Positions 25,142 through 38,185 are shown, counted from the stretch's first letter. The stretch: 64,000 bases of DNA from Octopus sinensis (GCF_006345805.1 NW_021833746.1:7766-71765), one strand, 5' to 3'. Made by a program: numbers and translations. The notes: generated from the sequence alone by a model not told the origin.

Positions 25142-25339
25142 ACTTTTTCTCTCTCATTTTCTATTTTCATTGCATGCCCTTTGTTCTCTGTTCTCTTCTT
25201 TACACATCTAACTATCACTTTTAACATCTAACATTGCCATCACCTCTAAACATTACCTTAATCTCTAACTATAGCCTTGACCTTTAAACCTAATCTTAAC
25301 ATATAAAAAACCTAATCTTAACATATAAATCCAGTTTAA

Positions 25340-25560
25340 TCCTTTCATTACCAACCCGGCTGAAACCGGCTCTGGCTCTGAGTACAAATGTCTTGTTTTC
25401 ATAAGTTCCGAATTAAAATCTTCCACCAAACCTTAGTCACAATTTATGTTCCTAACACCAGCTTAATGATAACTAAGTTATTTTACTAAATTCTTTGTTA
25501 TATTTAAAATTAATTGAAAGGAACACAGAGCATTTCAAAATAAATACAGTAACGAAAGGG
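25340..25560 (+). mobile_element. piggyBac-like MITE (second family)
   Basis: TTAA at 25336-25339 and 25561-25564; TIR tcctttcattac / gtaacgaaaggg with 2 mismatches. Confidence 0.7.
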
Positions 25561-26152
25561 TTAACATCTAAAGCCAGCTTATCACTGTAAATTCAAAATG
25601 CTAAATTTGCCATAATACTTTAAACTTGGCCCTAACACTCTAAATTCACCATAGCACTCTAAACTTGCCATAACAATCTAAAACCTCCCCTAACATTAAA
25701 TTTGCCATAACACTCTAAACTCACCTTAGCATCTACTCACCTGCCTTAACATCTAAGCTTGATTTAGTATCAAAACAAGCAATCTACTATATTTTCTGGT
25801 ATACAAGTCAAAGTTTTCAGGCCAAAATTTATGACCAAAAAAGGTAGGTTGACTTACTCACCAAGACGACTTTGGAGGACCCCAAAATTCTATGTGAAAC
25901 ATAGCAGGAATTGGAAAGATGATGATGATGATGTTTGAATGGTTACGCAGCATACTGTGGTGACTCGTACGATGGACAAGGTGGTACTCCAATGATTATC
26001 TTGTACTTCAACTTTTACATAAGTCTCATGGAATGTAGAGTACAAGCAGCCGTACCACCATGGTTATCTTCCTTTACATACATCAGCCAATGCCTTTCAA
26101 TGCTCATCCACCTGTGACTCACATCATAATCATCATCATCATCATTGTTTAA

Positions 26153-26375
26153 CCCTTTAGCATTTAAACCGGCCATATCCGGCCAAAAGTATTCTGCCTG
26201 TTTTATGTTCAAACTGGCCAGATCTGGTCTCTCACAACAACCCTACAATGTCGTTTTAAAAATTTACAGCTACCTCATCAAAATCTCATAGCTACAAGAT
26301 TAATGCCTGATTAGTTCAAAACAATGTGGATAAAAAAAGCATTAATTTTGGCAGAATAATGCAAACACTAAAGAG
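26153..26375 (+). mobile_element. piggyBac-like MITE
   Basis: TTAA|CCCTTTAG...CTAAAGAG|TTAA; same family as 6215. Confidence 0.75.
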
Positions 26376-26527
26376 TTAACATCCGCCTTCCATGCTGACA
26401 TGGTTTGAGAGGGGTTGGCCTGGCAGAAGACTGCACCAGACTTCTGTCTGTTTTGACACGGTTTTTACGACTGGATGCCCTCCCTGACACCAACCACCCT
26501 GTAGAGTGGACTGAATGCTTTTTATGT

Positions 26528-27350
26528 GGCACCAGCTCAGGTGAGGTTAGTTTTGGCACAGTTTTTATAGCTGGATGCCCTTCCAAATGCCAACCACTTT
26601 ACATTGTAGACTGGATGCTTTTTATTTGGCACCAGCTCAGGTGAGGTCAGTTTTGGCATAGTTTTCTCAGCTGGATGCCCTTCCAAATGCCAACCACTTT
26701 ACATTGTAGACTGGATGCTTTTTATTTGGCACCAGCTCAGGTGAGGTTAGTTTTGGCACAGTTTTTATAGCTGGATGCCCTTCCAAATGCCAACCACTTT
26801 ACATTGTAGACTGGATGCTTTTTATTTGGCACCAGCTCAGGTGAGGTCAGTTTTGGCATAGTTTTCTCAGCTGGATGCCCTTCCAAATGCCAACCACTTT
26901 ACATTGTAGACTGGATGCTTTTTATTTGGCACCAGCTCAGGTGAGGTTAGTTTTGGCACAGTTTTTATAGCTAGATGCCCTTCCAAATGCCAACCACTTT
27001 ACAGTGTAGACTGGATGCTTTTTATTTGGCACCAGCTCAGGTGAGGTTAGTTTTGGCACAGTTTTTATAGCTAGATGCCCTTCCAAATGCCAACCACTTT
27101 ACAGTGTAGACTGGATGCTTTTTATTTGGCACCAGCTCAGGTGAGGTTAGTTTTGGCACAGTTTTTATAGCTAGATGCCCTTCCAAATGCCAACCACTTT
27201 ACATTGTAGACTGGATGCTTTTTATTTGGCACCAGCTCAGGTGAGGTCAGTTTTGGCATAGTTTTCTCAGCTGGATGCCCTTCCAAATGCCAACCACTTT
27301 ACATTGTAGACTGGATGCTTTTTATTTGGCACCAGCTCAGGTGAGGTCAG
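26528..27350 (-). repeat. 100-bp tandem array (8 units plus a partial unit), RTE 3' UTR-related
   Basis: ggcaccagctcagg recurs at 26528, 26628 ... 27328, an exact 100-bp period; contains agctggatgcccttccaaatgccaaccac. Confidence 0.95.
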
Positions 27351-28949
27351 TTACGTTCTGGCATTTGCTAAATTTTTCTTGAGAACATTCCTTTCTTAGT
27401 GGTAAGACCGTTGCGGATCTTCTTCTAGCATAATGGATGTCCACTTACAAGTCATCTCTCTTATATGTATGTAATATAATTTCTTTCTGAAACTTCAGAT
27501 TTTTAAATATGCTAGACCACTGGTTTTAAATTAATATTAATCAAATTAACATTCAAATTTTCGTCCTTAGTATTTTAAATTTATATAAATATACAAAATG
27601 GCTAAAAGCTATCCATTGAGAGTAACATATTTAAAATTAAAAGCAGAAAAATATAAATTTACACACAGTTCGTAACTGTGCTCTACAGCTATTTCATAGG
27701 GATTAAGCATCATTATATAACTATGTTTGATGCTAATGAAACAGCTGTCGAGTACAATTAAATTATAAACTATATGTGAAATTCTTACCCATGTATATAT
27801 TATATACTGTCCTAATCAGGTTCTACACAGCATATTTTTTTTTAAATAGTTATTTTATTAGATCCTACTAAATTCTTAATTTATCTCCAAAATTAATTAG
27901 AAACAAAATTTAGAGCATACATTTTATTAGAAATATGGCTGTGCTGAAAGCTAACATTGAAATTAAAGGTTCTGAGTTCAAACTCAGCCTAAAGAACTTG
28001 TGTGCACTTATGACAACAGACCACCTGATGACAGCCAGGGATTACACCAATTAAAATATAACAGAGGAAAGAAAAAAGAAAAAAAAAGGAAACGATGTTG
28101 GCATTGACAGACTTCTTCTTCTTCTTCTTCTTCTTTTTCTTCTTCTTCTTCTTCTCTTCTTCTCTCCTCCTCCTCCTCCTCCTCCTCCTTCTTCTCCTTC
28201 CTCTCCTTCGTCTTCTTCTTCTCCTTCTTTTTCTTCTTCCTCCTACACTTCTTCTTCTTCTTCTTCTTCTTCTCCTACTCCTCCTTCTTCTTCTTCTCCT
28301 TCTCCTCCTTCTTCTTCTTCTTCTTCTCCTTCCTCTTCTATTTTTGCATATCATTTGCATATTTCGCTGCATATAATTTTTCTTCTTCTTCTTTTGAGTT
28401 TGTGAATACAGTTTTTCCGTTGTCCAAGAATGAGGCTTATTTTTTTTTTGCTTTTATTGTTTTTATTCATTTGTTTATACCAATTAATTTTCCCTGATTG
28501 CAATTGTTTCGTTTGTATGTTTTTGCCTATTGTTTTTTGTTGTTTTTTCTTTTACCATTTATCCATTTATTTGTTTATTCATTCTTTTACATATTTCGCT
28601 TTTTATTTATTCTCCCTAAAATACATCTTCCTCTTCCTCCTCCTCTTCCCACCATGCCCACCTCTTCGCTGTTTCATTTCGATATTTTCCGTTCATCATT
28701 CAAAATTTGTTTACCTGCTCAACCCACCACCTTAGTCTTCTCACTTTTTTTTTTTTTTTTGGTTTTTCTTATGTTTATGAGGTTGGTTTTTATGCTTTTT
28801 GGGGTTTCCTTCTCCCACAGCATCTGCTTTGTATCCCCATTCCCCACCACACCTACCTCACCCTTTGTCCATATCTGCACTTGTACGGACGGGCACGCTC
28901 GGGCACACTCAAATGCGTATGCACACATAGGCATGCACACACACACAGG

Positions 28950-29470
28950 TATTCATGCCCACAGAGGCATACACAGACACACACTCTTATAATCATTAAT
29001 ATGCACATGCACAAAAACATTAACACACACACACACACACACATGCACACACACACACACACAACAGAAGCATGCATACACACGACACACACATACACAC
29101 ACACACCTTCTTAAAATCATTAGTATGCACATACATAGAAGTATTAACACACACACACACACAACACAAGCATGCATACACACACAACACAGGTACACAC
29201 ATACACATACACACACATACATGCACACACACAACACACACATACACACACATGCACCTTCTTAAAATCATTAGTATGCACATACATAAATGTATTAACA
29301 CACACACACACACAACACAAGCATGCATACACACACATACACACACACACAGACACATACATACACAGACACACAGACACACATACACTTAAAATTATTA
29401 ATATGCACATACATAAATGTACTAACACACACACACGCACACACACCTGCACACACACATACACACATTG
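28950..29470. repeat. CA-rich minisatellite with ~130-150-bp unit
   Basis: The motif ttaaaatcattagtatgcacatacata...tattaacacac recurs four times. Confidence 0.8.
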
Positions 29471-29584
29471 TTTGTAAAGCATTATGACTAACTTATGGCC
29501 TATCACTGGGTCCCTTTTTTTGTTTATAATCTCAGTATTCAGGCCCCTATTTATCTTTACATGCTATTAAATAAAGGGAGACTT

Positions 29585-29880
29585 CATCATCATCATCATC
29601 GTTTAACGTCCGCTTTCCATGCTAGCATGGGTTGGACGGTTCGACCGGGCTCTGGGAAGCCAGAAGGCTGCATCGGCCCAGTCTGATCTGGCAGTGTTTC
29701 TACAGCTGGATGCCCTTCCTAACGCCAACCACTCCGTGAGTGTAGTGGGTGCTTTTTACGTGCCACCTGCACAGGTGCCAGGGGGGTCTGGCAACGGCCA
29801 CGATCGGTTGGTGCTTTTTACGTGCCACCGGCACAGAAGCCAGCCAAGGCGGCGCTGGCATTGGCCACGACATCAGCATC
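29585..29880 (-). mobile_element. 5'-truncated RTE 3' UTR copy
   Basis: Starts with (CAT)n cgtttaacgtcc. Similar copies at 33496-33735, 37190-37268 (+), 39506-39765 and 63425-63570. Confidence 0.85.
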
Positions 29881-30523
29881 GGCATCGGCATCGTTGTTAA
29901 AATATTGTTTCTGTATCAAACTTCTGCTTCTTTCAAAGCAAATAAACTTACCCTCATAAATGTGATATTAAAGTTGTGGGGGGCATGGAGGGGAGACAAA
30001 AAAAAACCCCATGAAAATCCCAACAGAAATATTGTAAATGGTTTTGAAGTTGAAGAGGAAGATCCTAATTTTGGCCCAAGGCCAGCAATTTTGAGGAGAA
30101 TTGGGTGGGATAAGTTGATTACACTGTTCCCAATAGATGACTGGTACTTCATTTTATTAGTCCTGAATGGATGACCCCAGTGGTTTTTGAACATAATAAA
30201 CCTTTCTACAGTAGGAACAAGGCTTGAAATTTTGTGGGGAGATGAATCGATTATACCAAGGATGAAAGGCAAAGTTAACCTTAGTAGAATTTGAACTCAC
30301 CAAAATACCACCCCCCCCCGTCCCCAACTCTGCAGGTGTTGACATGCCCCAGTTGATGGCATCAATCTCAATTTTTTTAGGGGATCTGTGAATACCACTG
30401 TCCCTGCTCCTTCTAGAATCAGCTAGTAAAAAAAAAGAAAGAATGAGGGAAATTAAAAAAACCCTATAAAATCATATGACCCCTTTAAACACACAAGATA
30501 TGAAGGACATTACAAAACACACT

Positions 30524-30769
30524 CACTTCATCAGGAGATTTAAAAAGTAAAATTTTTGGACTGCAGTGTTTTATGACAAATCATGGAGTGTCAAATCCTG
30601 CTGGTCTGAAAGTAAAAGTTGTGATCTGTGCACAGCAGAGAAGAGTCCTTAAAACCCTAAACAAGGTTTCTGTGTAAATGCCAGATCAGAGATACTAAGG
30701 AAATGCAGACCGTTTGAAAAATACTTGTTATGCAATTGAAAGACTACCTTCAGTTGACTACAATCGCAT
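30524..30769 (+). mobile_element. Penelope GIY-YIG C-terminal fragment, copy 1
   Basis: Reads KSCDLCTAEK...KQGFCVNARSEILRKCRPFEKYLLCN*, the conserved PLE C-terminus; inverted copy at 34564-34811. Confidence 0.75.
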
Positions 30770-30840
30770 TTCATAAGACAAGGTTTCTCACTTACGTGTC
30801 TCATTACAATTTCTGGAAAAGATGTTGTGATTGGTTATTT

Positions 30841-31300
30841 CATCATCATCATCATCATCATCATTTAACGTCCGCTTTCCATGCTAGCATGGGTTGGACG
30901 GTTCAACTGGGGACTGCGAAGCCGGAAGGCTGCACCAGGCCAGTCAGATCTGGCAGTGTTTCTACAGCTGGATGCCCTTCCTAACGCCAACCACTCCGAG
31001 AGTGTAGTGGGTGATTTTATGTGCCACCGACACAGGTGCCAGACGAGGCTGGCAGACGGCCACGCTCGGATGGTGTTATTTATGTGCCACCGACACAGGT
31101 GCCAGACGAGGCTGGCAAACGGCCACGATCGGATGGTGTTTGTTACGTGCCCACAGCACGGAGGCCAGTCGATGCGGTACTGGCTACGGCCACATTCGGT
31201 TGGTTTTCTTGTGTGCCACCGGCACTGGTACCACCGGCACTGGTACCACAAAGATACAAATTCCATTGATGTTCATCTATTTTGATTTGTTTTGATTTTC
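30841..31300 (-). mobile_element. Long RTE 3' UTR copy
   Basis: Reverse complement of ~59040-59535, including the internal ~60-bp repeats. Confidence 0.9.
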
Positions 31301-31771
31301 CTTCTTTGGAAATTATCCAATCTTCTAGTTTCCTCCTTCTATCACTCACCTTCATTTTTATTTTCACTTTTCTGGCCTACACTCAATTTCTCCTTTCCCA
31401 CCAATGACGGTTAGTCTCCCTTTATTACATTTAATTTCAGTTATTCCCCTCCCCAGCCCCCAAATTAACAACAATCTATGTTATAACTTACGCCAACGAT
31501 TTAATGTCAAAATTAACGGGGAAGTAACTCACAAGCGCTCGAGGATGAGTTATTTACCTTGATCTAAGTGACCGCTTGGGAAGATTTTTTTTAAAACCAT
31601 TTCTTACATTTTTCATATGGAAATAAACAGGATCTGAAGACTGAACTATAGAAACGGCACATGTGATAAGTTCGCTTATATTGTTTTATAAATACACATT
31701 CATGCACACACACACACACCACACACACACACACATGCACAAGAAAAAACCCCACCTTTTATCAATTCAAA

Positions 31772-31927
31772 ATATAATAGAAATATTAAAATTAAAATAA
31801 AAAATGATTAAGTAAATTGCAAAAAAATAATAAAAACGTATATAATTTTTTATTATTATTTTTTTTTTGCAATTTACTTAATCATTGGTATTTTATTGTT
31901 ATTTTGATTTTAATATTTCTATTATAT
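31772..31927. repeat. AT-rich imperfect palindrome
   Basis: atataatagaaatattaaaat...atgattaagtaaattgcaaaa pairs with ttttgcaatttacttaatcat...attttaatatttctattatat. Confidence 0.75.
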
Positions 31928-31990
31928 GTAATTTTCTAGATGGTGTAATTTAATTGTTCATTTTGAATTGATATAAGGTGGGTTTTTGTC

Positions 31991-32025
<35 letters not shown>

Positions 32026-32054
32026 AGGTTTGGAGATGATGTACAGGTATTATA

Positions 32055-32271
32055 TATTAGAAGAAATGAGGTACTCAGAAGATCAGATGGTTTATATTTA
32101 CAGATATTTATTTATATATTACATTTTTTATATATATATCATATCACTTAGTTCATTAGTGCTTTCTCCCATTCTAGTGGGGTTTTCAAATCAAACTAAG
32201 TTTGTAATATATAAATAAATATCTGTAAATATAAACCATCCGATCTTCTGAATACCTCATTTCTTCTAATA
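32055..32271. repeat. 68-bp inverted repeat, 81-nt spacer
   Basis: 32055-32122 vs 32204-32271, 2 mismatches, flanked by (TA)n. Confidence 0.9.
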
Positions 32272-32380
32272 CATATATATATATATATATTAATTGTGTG
32301 AAATTTGATTTAGTATTTCTAAATTGAATTTTTTTCCCTGTAAGTTGGATTAATATTCCCTCAATAATTATATATATATA

Positions 32381-32416
<36 letters not shown>

Positions 32417-32419
32417 CAT

Positions 32420-33297
32420 ACATTCAGGGTTTTGCAAAGAAACTGAGACAATTTTTACGATACAATAAAGCAATTTATAAATACTAAGATAGCAGTAATA
32501 GACACAGATATTATTTTACTGTAACATTTATTACAACAAAAACAGTTATCACGCAGTATGGCTGCCCTTTTGGGAAATTTCTGCCTCCACACGAGAATGA
32601 AATTTTTGTGCTGCTGCTGCAGCCTCCACCGTTTTGATTTTGCATGTTGCACGCATGATGCAGATCTTCAAGCTGTTGACACTCGAGTGTGGTGAAGCAT
32701 TGGCCCTTGCTTGGTGTATGCCCCGTAAAAAGTAATCGAGAAGGTTGAGGTCTGGGTTACTGCCGGGCCAGATGCTGGCCCTCACAAAAAAAAATGGTGC
32801 TCTTTACTCTTTTACTTGTTTCAGTCAATTGACTGCGGCCATGCTGGAGCACCGCCTTTAATCGAGCAATTTGACCCCGAATTGTGTGGTAGGGAGCTTG
32901 CTTTCCAATGACATGGTTCCAGGTTCAGTACTGATGCATGGCACCTAGGGCAAGTGTCTCTTACTATTGCCTCAGGCACACCAAAGACTTATTCTTTTGT
33001 AAGCCCAGTACTTATTCTATCGGTCTCTTTTGCCAAACCGCTAAGTAACGGGGACATAAACACACCAGCATCGGTTGTCAAGCAATGCTAGGGGAACAAA
33101 CACAAACACACACATGCATATATATACATATATACGACGGGCTTCTTTCAGTTTCCATCTACCAAATCCACTCACAAGGCTTTGGTCGGCCCGAGGCTAT
33201 AGTAGAAGACACTTGCCCAAGGTGCCATGCAGTGGGACTGAACCCGGAACCATGTGGTTGGTAAACAAGCTACTTACCACACAGGCAGTCCTACACC

Positions 33298-33330
<33 letters not shown>

Positions 33331-33490
33331 TATATGAGAAGTCTGAGGAATGGTACTGTGGAATGGTGCAGCAATTCTTGATAAGCACACGTTGTCAAGC
33401 CCAAACTTTTGGTCTATCCAAGGTAAGAGAGAGTTCTTCAGGATGTCCAGATACTCCTCTGTGCCGATCTTCAAGCCAGACTCAATGAAG
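32420..33490 (-). pseudogene. Tc1/mariner transposase remnant split by a SINE-A insertion (~32790-33298)
   Basis: Minus strand: GLKIGTEEYLDILKNSLLPWI...(QD)xAPFH, then WPGSNPDLNLLDYF...LKICI...FHSRVEAEISQKGSH; the WPxxSPDLNPxD motif is recognisable. Confidence 0.8.
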
Positions 33491-33967
33491 TGTGCCCATC
33501 ATCATCATCGTTTAATGTCCGTTCTCCATGCTAGCATGGGTTGGACGGTTCGACCGGGGATCTGGGAAGCCAGAAGGCTGCATCAGGCTCCAGTCTGATC
33601 TGGCAGTGTTTTTACAGCTGGATGCCCTTCCTAACGCCAACCACTCCGAGAGTGTAGTGGGTGCTTTTTATGTGCCACCGGCACAGGTGCCAGGCGAGGC
33701 TGGCAACGGCCACAATCGGATGGTGCTTTTTACGTGGTGCCAAAACAGCAATGGCAGAACGATTCTCTTGACTTTCTGTTGTTGAATCAGTTTGCTATTT
33801 ACCTGAAAAATAAAAATGGGGATTAGATTTTCAAGCAAGCAAAGTTTCGTCAGAAAATGAAGTTTGAAACCCACTGCTTAAAATTGGTCTCAGTTTATCT
33901 ACAAGACTCTGTATAGTTTCACACACACATATACACTCGTGTATGCATGTGTGTATACACACATTTA

Positions 33968-34372
33968 CATACTCTTACTCTTTTACTTGTTTCAGTCATT
34001 TGACTGCAGCCATGCTGGAGCACCGCCTTTAATCAAGCAACTCGACCCCGGGACTTATTCTTTTGTAAGCCCAGTACTTATTCTATCGGTCTCTTTTGCC
34101 GAACCGCTAGGTAACGGGGACATAAACACACCAGCATCGGTTGTCATGCAATGCTAGGGGAACAAACACAGACACACAAACACACATGCATATATATATA
34201 TATATATACGATGGGCTTCTTTCAGTTTCCGTCTACCAAATCCACTCACAAGGCTTTGGTCGGCCCAAGGCTATAGTAGAAGACACTTGCCCAAGGTGCC
34301 ACGTAGTGGGACTGAACCCAGGACCATGTGGTTGGTAAACAAGCTACTTACCACACACTCACTCTTGCGCCT
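33968..34372 (-). mobile_element. SINE-A full-length copy
   Basis: Reverse complement of the family consensus. Confidence 0.9.
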
Positions 34373-34563
34373 ATACTTATATTTTGCTTACTCGTCTATA
34401 TGTTGCACTAGTTCATTCTCAGTTTTAACGTTAAAAAGTTGAGATGCAACGTAGCAAAGATATTTTGTACTGTGGTTCAACACTAAATAAGGTGTGTGAC
34501 TTATATACGCACCTGGTATATGTATTATATTTTGTCCGTTTATGCATACCCACTATATATTAC

Positions 34564-34811
34564 ATGCAATTGTAGCCAACTGAAGGTAGTGTCTTTCAAT
34601 TGCATAACAAGTATTTTTCAAACAGTCTGCATTTCCTTAATATCTCTGATCTGGCATTTACACAGAAACCTTGTTTAGGGTTTTAAGGACTCTTCTCTGC
34701 TGTGCACAGATCACAACTTTTACTTTCAGACCAGCAGGATTTGACACTCCATTATTTATCATAAAACACTGCAGTCCAAAAATTTTACTTTTTAAATCTC
34801 CAGATGAAGTG
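34564..34811 (-). mobile_element. Penelope GIY-YIG C-terminal fragment, copy 2
   Basis: Reverse complement of 30524-30769 with about 7 substitutions and one 2-nt indel. Confidence 0.75.
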
Positions 34812-35160
34812 TGTGTGTGTGTGTGTGTTTGAGTTTGTGAATGTTTGGGTTTGCTACTTTCAAATGTGTGTGTGTGTGTGAGTGTGTAATATATAATTAC
34901 GATTAAGTTGAATTAAGTACTTAATTGAGGTACCTTGATAGTTTGATATCGTATGTACAGGTGTCAATACATTGCGGCCGTTTCAAGTGGCTCCATTCAA
35001 TTAATCAATGAAGGCATTACATCATTTTGAAAGAAACCACTCTCTTCAGAAGCAGATGACCATATAGATTTCAATCACAAAGGAGAAACCATTTTTAGTA
35101 AATTTACATCAGTAATAGAGACCAAAATAATTACATTGTTTCCTTAGTTTTATGTATATA

Positions 35161-35730
35161 CTAGCAGTATCGCCCGGCGTTGCTCGGGTTTGTAAGGGAA
35201 ATAACTATATAAGCATTTTTAGAGAGTTATAGCCAAAAAATAGCAAAAAATGCATTAAAAATGGAAAAAAAAATGATGGTAAATTTTTTTTTGAATCGTT
35301 GACTCATCGTAGACATTTTTAGAGAGTTACTTCCCCTATATAATAGCGAAAAAATGCATTAAAATGGAAAAAAATGATGGTAAATTTTTTTTTAAATCGT
35401 TGACTCATCGTAGACGTTTTTAGAGAGTTACTTCCCTTATATAATAGCGAATAAATGCATTAAAATGGAAAAAAATGATGGTAAATTTTTTTTAAAATCG
35501 TTGACTCATCGTAGACATTTTTATATAATAGCGAAAAAATGGAAAAAAATGATGGTAAATTTTTTTTTAAATCGTAGACTCATCGTAGACGCACGCTAAT
35601 ACCCAGAAGGACTCGATATGAATCACGATTATAAGATACCCGGTTTTGGTTAAACTGCACCGCAAAATGTGGGAGTAGTTAGAAATCTAAATCGTAGGAG
35701 ACAGACAACACATAACCTCACTTTTATATA
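35161..35730 (-). mobile_element. Non-autonomous Helitron copy 2 with internal tandem expansion
   Basis: Same a|ctagcagtatcgcccggcgttgctcggg end as 415; an internal ~100-bp segment is repeated about 4 times (35220-35585); the 5' end is interrupted by SINE-A. Confidence 0.75.
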
Positions 35731-36137
35731 CTCTTTACTCTTTACTCTTTTACTTGTTTCAGTCATTTGACTGTGGCCATGCTGGAGCACCGCCTTTAGT
35801 CGAGCAAATCGACCCCGGGACTTATTCTTTGTAAGCCCAGTACTTATTCTATCAGTCTCTTTTGCTGAACCGCTAAGTGACGGGGACGTAAACACACAGC
35901 ATCGGTTGTCAAGCAAAGCTGGGGGGACAAACACAGACACACACAACATATACACACACTTATATATATATATCATATATACGACAGGCTTCTTTCAGTT
36001 TCCGTCTACCAAATCCACTCCACTCACAGGCATTGTCAGCCCGGGGCTATAGCAGAAGACACTTGCCCAAGATGCCATGCAGTGGGACTGAACCCGGAAC
36101 CATGTGGTTGGTTAGCAAGCTACTTACGACACAGCCA
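35731..36137 (-). mobile_element. SINE-A full-length copy
   Basis: Reverse complement of the family consensus. Confidence 0.9.
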
Positions 36138-36412
36138 TCAAGATTTGTGTCAGAATGAGTTTAGAAAATATTGCATATCTTATTAAGCCTATTATAATTT
36201 AGAGAGTAGCAGAGGAAAATAGTTGGGATCAAGATATAGGAGAGATGTAGTTGTTTATATTTAGAATATTTTATGCTGCTTGTAGCCCTCAACCATTTAG
36301 AATTAAATCCTTTGGCAGTTGTTAACTGTATTCTATCTAGTTGGTGGTGATAAATCAATTAATGCCACAAAATCTCCCTAACTCTTGCTGTACTAGAACC
36401 ATATGTCTAGCT

Positions 36413-37090
36413 CAGTGGTTTTCAACCAGGGTTCCGCGGAACCCTAAGGTTCGCGGAACCCTAAGGTTCCGCGGAACCTTAGGGTTCCGCCAGTACAGTC
36501 CAGGGGTTCCGCAAGAAGTTACAAAACTGCTAAAATCGGCAGTAATTTTTAATTCTCCTGTGCAGATATGTGTGCATAAGACTATTAAATTAGGCGCAGG
36601 AGTGGCTGTGTGGTAAGCAGCTTGTTTACCAACCACATGGTTCCGGGTTCAGTCTCACTGCGTGGCACCTTGGGCAAGTGTCTTCTACTATAGCCTCGGG
36701 CCGACCAAAGCCTTGTGAGTGAAATTGGTAGACGGAAACTGAAAGAAGCCCGTCGTATATATGTATATATATATATATAATGCGTGTGTATATATATATG
36801 CGTGTGTGTGTTTGTGTGAGTGTGTTTGTCCCCCTAACATTGCTTGACAACCGATGCTGGTGTGTTTATGTCCCCGTTACTTAGCGTTTCGGCAAAAGAG
36901 ACCGATAGAATAAGTACTGGGCTTACAAAAAGAATAAGTCCCGGGGTCGAGTTGCTCGATTAAAGACGGTGCTCCAGCATGGCCGCAGTCAACTGACTGA
37001 AACAAGTAAAAGAGTAAAAGAGTAGGGGTTCCTTGAGCCAGTGGAATGTTTTCTTGGGGTTCCGCTCCAGCAAAAAAGTTTGAAAAGCAC
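36413..37090 (+). mobile_element. hAT-like MITE with nested SINE-A (36592-37023)
   Basis: 36413-36591 plus 37024-37090 reconstitute the reverse complement of 43245-43445. Confidence 0.85.
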
Positions 37091-37659
37091 AACACACACA
37101 CATACACACACTCACTCACTCACAGACACTTATACATACACAGACATATTTAATGACTTACATCTGACTGGGCCTGATGAAGCCTTCCAGCTTCACAGAC
37201 CCCAGTTGAACCGTCCAACCCATGCTAGCATGGAAAACGGACGCTAAATGATGATGATGATGATGATGTAAGGGGGGAAGGACATTTTGGGGGCATCAAA
37301 CAGCCATTTTCCTATTTGGTGAACTTCATTCTTACAGCTAAACCCAGGAGCAAATATGAAATATCTCAGGACTATTCCAATGTTCTAATTTCCATGATTA
37401 CACACACACATACACACACACACACACATACACACACACACACACACTGCTTTCATGACATCTCCCAAATCCTGTGACATTTAAATGTCTCACTGCTTTT
37501 GAGATGAATTATTGATTTAGGCATGATTGACACAGCTTCACAATTTTTTTTGATCTCCTTAATTAAATGCCTAAATGTCTATAATGAGATTTATAATCTT
37601 TCCAGTTTGTAAACTAATCTTTACTGCATGTATTTAATATGTGTGTGTGCATATAGCAT

Positions 37660-37688
37660 TTAAAAATATTTATATATGTGTATATATG

Positions 37689-37730
<42 letters not shown>

Positions 37731-37745
37731 TATATAATGTATATG

Positions 37746-37776
<31 letters not shown>

Positions 37777-37893
37777 AGTATATATGACTATATATAATAT
37801 ATGTATATGTGTATATGTGTATATATGTATATGTGTATATATGTGTATGTGTATATATGTATATGTGTATATATGTATATGTGTATATATTAT

Positions 37894-37930
<37 letters not shown>

Positions 37931-38097
37931 GTATAATATATATGTAATGTATATATATATGTATATATATATATATGTATATATAATATAGTATGTATAT
38001 ATATATGTTATATATAATATATGTATATATGTATATGTATATATGTATATATATGTATATATGTATATATATGTGTATATATGTATATGTATATATG

Positions 38098-38149
<52 letters not shown>

Positions 38150-38150
38150 T
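37660..38150. repeat. (TA/TG)n compound microsatellite
   Basis: Direct. Confidence 0.95.
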
Positions 38151-38185
38151 ACAAACATACAATATATCTGTAAATGATAATATGT

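Noticed and set aside
24057-25211. 384-aa ORF as a single gene
   Set aside because: Only 24615-25013 is exon-like; the flanks are (ATT)n and pyrimidine tracts read through by chance.
2576-27350. Regular arrays (145 bp, 100 bp) as CRISPR-like loci
   Set aside because: Whole units repeat with no unique spacers, no cas genes, eukaryotic context.
31600-31670. CTGAAGA...GAAAC as a hammerhead
   Set aside because: No G-C closing pair for stem II and no supporting stems.
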